DNA from: Podarcis pityusensis
Taxonomy: Eukaryota
Length of the DNA: 64,000 nucleotides
Assembly (NCBI GenBank): GCA_964106645.2
Contig: OZ067043.1
Strand: one strand, 5' to 3'
A program made the position numbers and the translations under genes. Under the pieces are notes generated by a model, which saw only the letters and a list, made by a program, of their open reading frames with translations, ran no database searches and was not told the DNA's origin. Numbering within the stretch: position 1 is the first letter of the stretch; each line of letters begins with the position of its first letter. Shown in pieces: positions 43,601-55,600 of this stretch.

Positions 43601-46600
43601 ATTCCCTACTCACAAAGTACCAGGGCACCATCCTTTCTGTCTGCCTGGGCCCTTGTAGACTTCTGAACCAAATGCCCCTCCTGGCACTTTAAGCTTGAGA
43701 GAGGTGGCAACAATAATACCCCAGCAATCCTTAGCTGGGGAAATTGACAGCACAGTGCTATCCACCACAGCCTGTCTAGATATTGGGAACACCCGGTGTG
43801 GAAGAAAATTGCCATCCTTCAGGGTTGCCCTGTGCACTGATGCACAAAGACTGTTTCATAGTGCAAAGATTTCTGAGCAAACAAAGATTAATTTATCAGC
43901 TGATAGGAAGTGTTGTCATTTGTACTGTTGAGCATACAAGCAGCTAACTGTACCTCTGCTGCTAAACACAAACCAATGCCTCTGGTGATTTCATTCCGCT
44001 GGTGATATTATCACCGAGATCTCTCATCCAGAACCAGTCCATCTGATCAGAGTGGTAATACCACAACCAGCAATGTTTTGGGTGGGGAACTGGTAATTAT
44101 AATGTAGCAAAGCATTCCACTTCCATTTTAATTAAGAAAAAATTCCTTAAAGCCCTTCTTTAAGCAATCTCATTTTAGAGTAAACAGAAGCATCAATGTT
44201 TTTCTCCCTGTTTAATAAGTGATGGATATTGTTTGTTTCCAACTTAGCCTCCCTCTAGGCAGTCAGCTTATTACTGTCCCGGTGAACTCCTCACTGTCTT
44301 GGCATGTCAACAAACTGCGAGAAATTGGGAAGGAAGCCTACAATGTGAGCTATGCTTGGAAGATGGTAAGTGACAGAGCACCCTTTAAAATATGCTAATG
44401 TATTGACACGGAAGGAGAATTTTAATTGCAGCAGAACAGGTATTCTTTTCTTAATATTTCCAAGAATTTTGAGTCTGTTGCATGGCCTCTGGGCTGCATG
44501 TTATCCGCATAGAAGCCTAGCTCTCAGTGCTGAAGGTTATACCCTTAGTAAATTGTTATACCCTTAGTTATAGCCTTAGTAAAGCTGGAAGGTAGTCAGG
44601 TGAAAACTTTAAAGGGCCTTACTATCAGCACTTCGTGTTGTCAGTAGATTCCGCTTTTTCTGTTTGCAGTTACCATTTCAATTCAAAATAAAAAAGGGTT
44701 CCTCACCCCCTCTACAGACCGACAAAGCTGTCCACAAAGGTAAAATGTTGATTTGCAGGCATGGTTTGAATCCAAACTACATCTGCAAACACACAACTTC
44801 ACTCTCAGTGAGCTCACTTGCTGAGGAACAATAGATTGTCTCTTGGTGGCCATGTCTTTACTGTTTCACATATGACGCCATATATGACCCCAGTGTGGGA
44901 CAAGTTGGCATGTGGTAAACAGCCTCATGGAGCAAATCAGGACCCTTGATTTGGCACCGTTAAGCTTGCCACCACTGTTCTACATGATCCAATATTCTAA
45001 AAAGTCTAAACTTCCCACTCCTGAAATTTCTTTTCTTTGAAGTATAGTTGGGATGAATTAGGAACACTGGTTCCCATATACTTCTTGCCACAGCACTAAC
45101 ATACACGCCAACAAGGAGGACTGACATATGTGACTACTCCCAAATCATGCCAGATCTGAGCATGGCATTTTCATAGCTGAGGGTCAATTTAAATATTCAA
45201 AATTTTAACTTGTCATGTAACGATGCCAACTCAAACAAAATATTTCATCACAATAGTGTAATGCGTCAATTTCAGAAAGTTGGAAGGAAACCTCACTCCT
45301 AAACTTTTGATGTGCCTCTTCCAAGTTGCAGCACAGTCTTCCATGTTGCAGCACAGAGTGGCTTTGACAACTTGTCAGCCTCCATGGTGAGGACAAGAGA
45401 GAGAAAAATGGGTTGTATGCTCATACACAGTGTACAGAATTATCTTTTGGGGCAGATCTATAACTGCTGACTTCCTGGGGCTACCTTTGTGAACTCGGAG
45501 CTGTGTAGTTTTTCCCTCAGTAGTTCACATCATTAAACTACTGAATTGTGCCTGTACTACTTCTTTGTCCTAGCCATTCTGGGTTGTTGTTGTTTTAAGA
45601 AACAAGAAAATATTTAGTTGCTGAGCCACTAACCTAAAAATTTTTTTTTATGCATGTCTCAATAGTTGCACATTTAGAAGTACTCTTCTAAAATGTTATT
45701 ATTAATTGCCTTCCACAAGGCGATGTGCTCTAATTATATAACTTGTCCAAATTTTAATGATTCTTAATTTATTTTAATACAAATGCTTTCCTTATTAAGT
45801 TTGACGATCTTGTGGTTGTTTTTATTTTAGGTTCAAGATACATCATTCATTTTGTGTATTGTTGTGATACAGCCAGAAATACCTGTTAGACAACTTAAAA
45901 ATCTCAACACCGTACCCAGTAGCAAGCTGCTTTACCATCGACTAGATCTCTTGGGCCAACCCAATGCTTGCCTGCATTTCAAACAACTTGCAACCTTAGG
46001 TAAAGCGTTTATTTTCTGAAATCCATCCATTCACCAATCCATTGCTGTAAGCTAAAATAGTTATACATTATCAAATCACCAGTCGGGAAAACCCTGTTTG
46101 ATCCTTATCCAATTGTTATTTATATAAATAGCATCTAAGATGTCCATTTCATATGTTAGATAAGGAGAAGCTGAACTCTTGCAACTGTTTTCTTTTTTGT
46201 CTTGGAGATTGTATGTTCAGTGAAAGATTTCAAAAGACCCACTTTCGGGTGTATGAAAATCCAAAGGAATTATTGGCTTTATGTCCCAAGTCCTGGGGAC
46301 TAATCCCAGCCCACACAAAGCAGTGCAAAAGCCTCCAAAGGCTGATAGTTAAAACTCCAGGGAACTATGTGGTTCCATAGCACAGCTCAGGAGAAGAAGG
46401 GCCCCAATCTCTGTGCTCATCTGACCAAGCTCTGGAGCATCCTCCTATTTAGCTGACCTAAAGCTTAGAAGGGAAATCTCAGTATGTTTCGCATGCAGAA
46501 AGTCTCAGGTTTAGTTCCTGGCATCTACTCTGCCTGAAACTTTGTGGAGCCACTGGTGTGATTCAGTATACAACAGCTTCCTGTCTTTCTAATTGTGTTT

Positions 46601-49600
46601 CACCCTTCCAGCTTTGCTGTCTGATAACTCCTGATACCCTCTGTTTTCAGTGGTGTTGCCTGTCTCAGCCCAGCATAGGCTTTGGTACTCTTAACGGATA
46701 ATAATAGAGCGAAAGTCTGCATGTCTGCCCTTGCTGCTACTGCGGCGTGCTGCTTTCTTTCAGCTGCTCTCCGCATTCTCCAAATCTAATGGGCCAGTCA
46801 GCACTGTGGTTAAATGCTACAAAGTGACGTGTCTTGAGATTGTCAGCTTCATTAAAAAAACAACGAAACCCTCGTGAAATAAGTATACCAGAACCAGGTA
46901 GCTGCATAATTTACCTTTCGTCAGAAAGGTTGGGTATGGGTAGTGTTGTTACAGTTTTTCAAAGCTGAGCTTGATTCTCCTCGCTGTCAAATAAATCATT
47001 AGCAATAACGTGAAAACATTGAAGTTCTTGCCAGTCATGCTGTATCCTGTTGACTTTGGAATTATGCAGATTTTATTCCGAGCTATAAATATTTAATACC
47101 ATCAATCCCTCTGAAAGAAGCCAGAAGTTAGAACTCTGGTGAGAATATACTTTGAAATATTTTTAATTGGTGAGTTCAGAGACTATAAAAACTGTGTAAA
47201 ACTTCTGAATGCAGTGGAGCATCTTTTTTTTTTCTTTTTTGAAAAATACCTGCAAAGTTTTGTGTGTTAAAATACAGCACATTCATTTTAGAAATTTGCC
47301 TCAGGTTATATTGCAATAGAAAAAATGGAACTTGGAGAGAAGATAAACAATTATTTTTATGCAAAATACTTTTGACAATTTATTTTGACATTAGTGTTCA
47401 GACCCAGTTCCTTGTGGAAACAGCTTTTCACTTCCGTATATTTTGTCCCCTAAAAATGAATATGCCCCATAAAGCTTCTACCACATTGTGCCCTCTGAGG
47501 AATGACCTTCTTCCCCTGCCATCTTTTGAATAAGACTAGACCAAGTGAAAGTAGGCAGTCTTGTAAGCTTCTTGATATCACAGAGTTATAGAATTGTAGA
47601 ATAGAAGAGTTGGAAGGGACCCCAAGGGTCATTTAGTCCAACCCCCTACAATGCAGGAATCTCAGCTATAAAGCATCCATGACAGATGGCCGTTCAACCT
47701 CTGCCTAAATACCTCCAAGGAAGGAAGAAGTTAAGACACTTGTTTAAAAACTATTAGCAAAAGTAGTTTTATCATTGTTGCTGCTGCTGCTGCTGCTGCT
47801 TATTTAAAGATCTAGGAATAAATTTCACTTGGCTGATTGAAAAAATTATGAGAAAAAGAATCCTGAACAGTTTTAATTCATATTTTCCATCCGGTCATAT
47901 TAACTCAAGCATGTGCAATGCCAAACTAACATTGTTGAGTGCCTAAGGACCCCTTCACACAAATTTTCTCAGCCTAGGCAAGCTACTGTCTTCAGGTGGC
48001 GTGTGCAACCTTGACAGCTGCCTGAGGTGGTCTGAGAAGGCTGCTTTCACTCTAGAATAGATACACCAGGGCAAACATTGCTTATACACCTTTGGGCTGC
48101 AATCTGTATTCATGCTGACTCATGTGCACGCAGGCAGCTGGCTACCCACCACTGTCTTGCTGTGGGTGGAAACTCTGGGAAGTCCATGTGGACACCTCAA
48201 ATGGAACTAGTCGCTGGGTGCCCCGAAACAGCAGACCCAAGTCTTTCTCACCCTTTCCTGTACCCCTTAAGATCCCAGGCACCAAGACCTTCTGCATCTA
48301 GTAGCTGCTAGAAGTCCTGTTTCCCTGTGGCATCCTTCAAGCACAACAGGTGTTTCTCTCCTACATTTAAAGCTCCTTCCCTTCCTTTACAGTTGAGGAA
48401 AGGGAAGAAGGAAAAGCTTCAGTAGTGTACTGTTGCTGCAACAGTACCCCCTGGTGGCCACGTACGCAGCAACACTGATGTTTGAAAAGCATCTCTTGGA
48501 TTATTTTTGCGTTTTCATCTTGGGTTGGGTTGCTCCAGTATGTTACTAGCAACAGCATCACTGAGTTTTCATATGGCTGGGTTTCAGGGGATATATTCTG
48601 ATGTGTATATTGCATGTATGTTGCCTTTCCAGAAAGCCCTACGGTAATGCTGTCTGCTGGTAGCTTCTCTTCTCCTTACGAGCATCTGAGCCAGCCTGAG
48701 ACGAAGAGGATGGTGGAGCACTACACGGCATATCTTAGCGACAACACACGCCTCATTGCCAACCCTGGTCTGAAAGTACGTTGCTTCATATGCCCTTCAT
48801 TTTTGGCTTTTTACCTTCTTTTGTTACCGTGATAAGTCTTGCTGAAACATTTATTTGAGTTTCCTTGGCTCCAGATTTTCAAGAAGCATCTGGGTTTTTG
48901 CTTCTCTGGTGGAGTCTTTGGCTGCATCCCTTGGTTTTCTGCTAGATCAAATAGATGGTTTGGTTGCAATTTTTGCACTTTTCTCAGTGCCAGGAGTACT
49001 TTGTACTTAGCAACACAAGGAGTGAATTAACTTGGCACATGAGGAGTAAGAAGGATTCTTTGCCCGGGCTGGAAAGAATAATGTTAACTGAGTTAATACA
49101 CAACACACACACACTTCTCAGCTACTTGGACTCAAAAGTAGATTCCCAAAGATAGTGAGATAATGCTGTGTAACCATTTTAAGAGTCCTCAAGTAAAATA
49201 AACAATATAAAGGTTTGTTGGATCACGTGGGTGTTATCAGATCAGTGTTACAACACCAGGAACGGAGAACACTCTTTGTATTTGGGAGCATGGAATATAA
49301 AGCTGGGGACAGTATTTAGATCTACCCAGAGTAAAACATAAAATACAAAAATGCTAAGCATTTCCTTAGTATATTTGTTTTTTCATTTCTTGAAATTTGC
49401 TGTGTCCATCTGGTGTGAGAAGATTTTAAAGAAGTAATTGGGTTTAGATTATCTCCGATGAGTCTTTAGGAAACCCTGCAAGCAGCTTATTATCTTTTCA
49501 GGCAAGTCTTAAAAGAACCCTGCTAGGTCTGCCTNNNNNNNNNNNNNNNNNNNNNNNNNNNNNNNNNNNNNNNNNNNNNNNNNNNNNNNNNNNNNNNNNN

Positions 49601-52600
49601 NNNNNNNNNNNNNNNNNNNNNNNNNNNNNNNNNNNNNNNNNNNNNNNNNNNNNNNNNNNNNNNNNNNNNNNNNNNNNNNNNNNNNNNNNNNNNNNNNNNN
49701 NNNNNNNNNNNNNNNNNNNNNNNNNNNNNNNNNNNNNNNNNNNNNNTATGAAAGGTTTAAGAAAGACTTCTAGGTTGATAATTTTGTATGTGTGAGAGAG
49801 AATATTTTGTGCTGGATTCGTAAAAAGTCTTCGTGGACTAAACAAGCAGAATTTTCCTCTAGTGAAATAGTATACAGTGATGAATTCAGTACTTTAAATC
49901 TGTAGTGGATATTGCACTGGATGCTTGCGTTTTCCAAGATAGCTTCTTTTTCTTGCCCTTCTGTGCAGCAATGAATAATGAACGCATCTGCATATGGTTA
50001 CTAAAATCCACCTTCCAAGCTTATCTCGTGAGGTTCTCATTATGAATTTCATATTCTTGTGGCAATCTTGAATCTCACTCTTGCATACAGCAACCCCCCC
50101 CCCCCCCCCCGGTTCTGGAGATGTCTTATGCTCTTAATTCCACACATAAGATTATGCTAGTTTTAACAGGAGTCTATTAATTATGCACAAGCATGGTTTA
50201 AGAAAATGTTTTGTGTACACAGTAAATGTGATAATAAACATGAGGGAACTCCTGAGTGTGTTACATTCCATATGCTCTGTTGAAATAAGCCATCCAGGTG
50301 GGGGTTGCAAATCAACCAAGAAACTAGTTTATATACCAAATGCAGGGTTTCCCCCTCAAGCTATTCACACTGTCAATCACTTCTGTCAAGTCTACTGGCG
50401 CGGTTTTCCTCTCGCTCTCTTTTAAATCTGCTCAGTGAGCAAAATACAGGAGAAATAAGATAACCATTTTCCAGCTATCCTGTTATTCTACATCTCAAAT
50501 GTTTGCATTCTCCCCCTCCCCAACAAGAGTCTATCTTAAGAAGCTTGTTACAGTAACCTTGTTTTAATTAGCTGGATAGTCCTACAGTATATTTCACAAC
50601 CAAGCAGCAGGCCCGAAGGGGCTGTCCCTGCAGCAGCAAGAAATATCACAGGAAGTAAAAGCTGCAGATACCTCCAGAAAGGTTTATTTAAACAGCAAAT
50701 ACCCTTCATGTTTTGAGTGCAGAAGTTCATCAAGGGCAAATCTCTGAAACAATAACATACATCACCCGTTGCATTTATTTTATTTCTGGAATTTATTTCC
50801 TATCATTCTCAAGTATAATCAACGTACACATGCAAAACCTTTTTTAAAAAAACAGTAACTAGAAGTTACTCTTTAAAAAAATGTTGATATAGTTTAGGCA
50901 CATTGGCTCCCAAAAGCATAAGCAAGCTAAATTCACTTTGCACATAGTTCAGGTGTGTGTGTTTTTTAGCAAAATTCAGCTTCCATGTGTTTTGCAAACT
51001 CCCCACCCCCCACCCCAGCATTCATTGTTGCCGTGCAGAGTTATTTTATTACTTTAAATATGCTTATTTTCCTTTCTCTTAGGTACCTCCATGCTGTGGC
51101 AAATCCGGGATTAATTACTTTCACTGGGCCCTACTTAGATGTTGGAGGAGCTGGTTATGTGGTTACCATCAGTCATACGGTTCATTCTTCAAGGTAGATT
51201 TGTTTTTGGTAGTGACCAACGTCCTTGAGCCACAATTAAACCTGGCTAATATTTTATGTAAGAATCTCCTCAGATTCAACTCCCTGGAGGAGTAGCTATG
51301 TATCCAAGCTCAAGTTCAAGGGAACTAAACCATGCAGAGTGTATTTTGGTGGCATCTGAAAACATGGGCTATTAAACTTTTTGAACGCTTTAGTTTTTGT
51401 ATAGCAAGTCTATATAATGCAAGAGGTGATGAAGCTAGATAATAGTAGAAGAGGCAGTGGAAGCTTGGTGTCAGTGTGGTGTGTTTTCATTTTATTTTTA
51501 CCTAGCTATTTAGTTAATTTCGTGTTTATAGACTTGTTAAGGTGCACAGAGGTTGTGTGCGCAAGTTTGCATTCCCCATCCCCTATCCAATAGATGAGTT
51601 GCTACTTCTATGGCATGGATGCTTCTTCCATGTGGTTAGGGTGCCATATTGCAGCAGTTGGTGACAGGCTAGTGTGTTATTGTAGGCAGAGAGTTACACT
51701 TTGGTCAGGGAGAGCCTCATGCAGCCATGAAATTTTACCCAAGAATTATTTAAGAACTCACATGTGAAACTGCTGATCTTCTAACAAAGCTGTGTAACTT
51801 GAGCCTAAAATCAGTCTCCATACCTGAGGATAGGAAAGTGGGCAAAGTAACATTTTTAAGGGATCTAAGGAGGATCTGGATAATTACAGGTTGGTTAGCT
51901 TTTAATGGCTGTTCTGAGAAAGCTGTGGAAAGCATTATTAAACATTGAATTACCAAGCATGTAGGCGAATAATCTTGCTGAAGCAGATTCACGATTGCTT
52001 GTGCGAGGGTAAGCCCCTGTTTCACTAACCTAGAAATAAGAGGGAAGATCCTCTTATGAACATAGGAGCCAACTCCTAAGGACTGAAGTCCCCCCCATAA
52101 ATTATTTGAGGGGGGCGGCCCCCACAAAGTTGATGGGTATTGCCATTCAAATGTTGTGTATGTGTCATAGCTGTCAACTTTCAGATTTGAAAATAGGGTT
52201 CAGCAGCCTTGAAAATAAGGGATCAGCAGCCTCACCTATCCCAGGGACAGTCTACGGGATATCTAACAATCCTGGATAGCAGCGGGAAGCAGCGGGAAAT
52301 GGCGCTGGATAAGGGAATTTCCCGCAAAAAAAGGGAAGGCTGACAGCTATGGTATGTGTGTGCCACGTCTTGTGACTGATTATGCTGGGCGGGGCTTACC
52401 TCATCTCTCCCTCCCAATATTTTGTTCAATTTGGCACCCCTGCTTATGAATCAGTAACTGGTTCAGAAACAGGAAGCAGAGAATAGGAATAAGCAGACAG
52501 CTCTCCCAATGGAAAGAGTGTAAAAAATATCAAGGATCAAATTCATGTGTTCACAAATGATATGGGCTTAGGGGGCAGCAGTAAGGTGGCCATGTTTGCA

Positions 52601-55600
52601 GATGATTCCTGAGGGTTGTTAAAACAAAAAGGGATTGCATGGAGCTCAAAAGGATATCTTGAAGCTTTTACTGAATTTATTTTCATATATTGTACTCCCC
52701 CTTGAAATGTTTTTCATAAAAGTGTGGATTATAAATACGTACATAAACAAACAAAACAAAATATATAGTACAGGTGGGAAAATGGTACCAGATGTCTGAG
52801 AACAGGGAGATGGTTCCCCCCACACACACCTTTTAAATATTATTGTGAAAAATATGCCAGTATAGGCTCTCGGAGACTGTGTTTTATGGCCCTTTGATGT
52901 GTCAGTTGCTAAGGCAACAATATGTAGTCTTGAGCTGAGGAGCAAAATAGGGGTATCAGCAGACCTCCACATATGGGCAAGATGTTATCATTTATTCACA
53001 GCGGCTCTTACTACTTCTGCATCTTTTAAGCTTTAACATACACAACACATACCAAATAACCATACTGTCTCCAGTTTAAATTATCATGATTGCGCCCAGC
53101 TAATGTTGGCTGTCCTCAAAATTTTATTTTTCTTGTGTTAGAGGGTTTTTGTTCTGATAATGTAAGATTCCCCAGCGTCCATTAAAAAGGGGGGGCACTT
53201 CCGCATTGTTGGGGTGGGGGTAATATTGAAAAACAGAATAATTGACACATTGGATGAAGAGAATGAGAGGGCAGATTGGCAGAATTTAATTCAGGTAGTG
53301 GAATGCTAAAAGATGCACTGAATTAACCTAGGGCGGTTCCACAGAATCAGGGTTTTTTAAGGAGTGGTGGAGGTGCTTGGCACAATGTTTGTTTCTTATT
53401 TGAAATTTATGGTTCGCATTATGCATTTCTGCTGGGAAGTTACAGGACTTGCACTACATGTGGCTGGTCAGTAGTTCTCAGACTACTGGGAAGTAGATCT
53501 GATTGTGGGCTAGAATTTGAGACCCAGTTCTCTCTCTCCCCTCCCCCATTTGTCACATGGAAAGAGATAATGGGAGAGCCAGTTTGGCATCATGGTCAGA
53601 ATCTCAGACTGGACTGATCCCCACTTAACTCCCTGGGTCACCTTGGACCAGTCACTATTTCTCATCCTGTTTTGACTTCTGAATACAGTATGGTTTTGTT
53701 CTGTATATTCTTTTGGTGTTTGCTCTGGAACTCAACAAAAATTACATTAAAAAACTTATTTCAACCCTAGTTTAACCTCCTAGGAGTGGCACCTTAAAAA
53801 CCCAACACATTATTTGTGGCATAAACTTTCATGGGTTGGAGACCACTTCATCAGATGCATGGAGTGTGATCATCAGCTGGCAGATATGTATCCATGTGAT
53901 TGTAGAACAGGGGGGCGAGAGAGTAAATAATGAGATCGGAAGTAAATGTCGCACACAAAGTGCAGACAGTAACAGTTGCCTTAAAGCTTAAGCTCACAGG
54001 GTTATTGAGAAGGTAAAATGGGGATGGAGAACCACACATACCACCTTGAGTTCCATGGAGGAAAGATGGGTTATGAATGCAGTACTGTCACTTGGGCAGT
54101 GGGTACCGCCGAAGTGGGAAGAAACTGAGAAGACTAGCCTGTGATCTTGAGTCTCCAGGATCTTTAGGTCTTATTCTGTCCATCCTGGACCCATGCTGGA
54201 GTGTTCCCATAACTGTTTTTTAAAAGCTGGCTGGAATGAACAGCAGCACAGTTAGCCTAGGATGGTGTGCCTACCAGATCCAGAAAGATACTGGTTGTGC
54301 CTAAACAGGTGGGAATCTTTGCAACCAACACAGGGCCAAGAAACCGAAATGTATATTCAGTTGGCAGTGTAACAAATCCCCCGTGGATATGAATTTCATA
54401 TTCCCGGCGTGCCTCATCTAGAGGTTCATGCTTAACACAAAGATCAAGAGGTCGCAGATGGAGTGGTCCCTTTGGGAGAAATGTTTGTCCATCGACAAGC
54501 TGCTTCTCTCCATACTAATTTTGCCGTGCGGCTCTATTATCCATTTCAAAGGCTGCTTGGTTTCATTCAGGGCCAGATCATTTGGTGCACAGTATTACAC
54601 CCAAGTTTACACTATAGCATGAAACCTGCTTACGTTGAAGTGTTCCGACTGAACTGGCTTGTGGGTAAATTATACTTTCTGAAAGGATTAGTTTGCAGTA
54701 AAGGGGCTAATTTCATGGATTTTGAACAATAAACGATGAAGTAACTATTGCATCCCAGCCCTTATTAATCATACAATTTTTCTACTACAAGAAAAAAAAT
54801 AAAAAGGTCTTTTCAGAAAACATAATTTATCCACAAAGCAGTTAAGTCGGAACACTTCAATGTAAGCTGATTTATTTTAGGCTGAAGTCCAAGTTTTCTG
54901 ACCTAGATGGTGGGTCACGCTGTGTCCATATTCATTTTAAACCCAAACCTTTCAAATGGGAATTAGAAGAAAACCCTTATGGGGGGGGGGGGGAGAGAAT
55001 GACCTTTCAGCTTCTTGGAATTTTAACATCTTTACAGGGAATTCATATTCCCTTTCTCATGATGGAAGGATAAGTGAAAAGCTGTGAAGAATTTTAATAA
55101 GCAGAAGGTCTGAAGGCCACGCAGTTCCCCAGAAGCTGAAAGGAATCTGATCCTTTAAACAGCATCTATCCACAGAAGGCAGAAGTATTTCTGTAGCTTC
55201 TGTAATGCTTCAGGGGACCTGCAGGCCTGTGATGAGCCAAGGGATTTGTTGTTGGTTTTTTGTTTACCATTCAGGATTTTTAAAAAGTTGATCTAGCACT
55301 GCTGTATTTTAATGAAAACCAGCACTGATATTTTTTTAAAGACAAAAAAATTATGACTGATTGCTGTGTCCTTGGTACTTTAACGTAGTGGCGGCTCTGC
55401 TGTGCTTTCATAAGGAGAATGTTTTGGTAAAGATCATATTTTGAAGCGAAACAAAATGTTATAAACAATTGGTGTGTGACTTTCAGATGCAAAGAATGCT
55501 GAAATGCTCCAGTTCATTGTATACTGCCAAAGAATAGAAACTAAATTGTGGTTCAAATTTTGAGTGTTACTGGACTTAGCTGCCAGATAGATACAAAATT

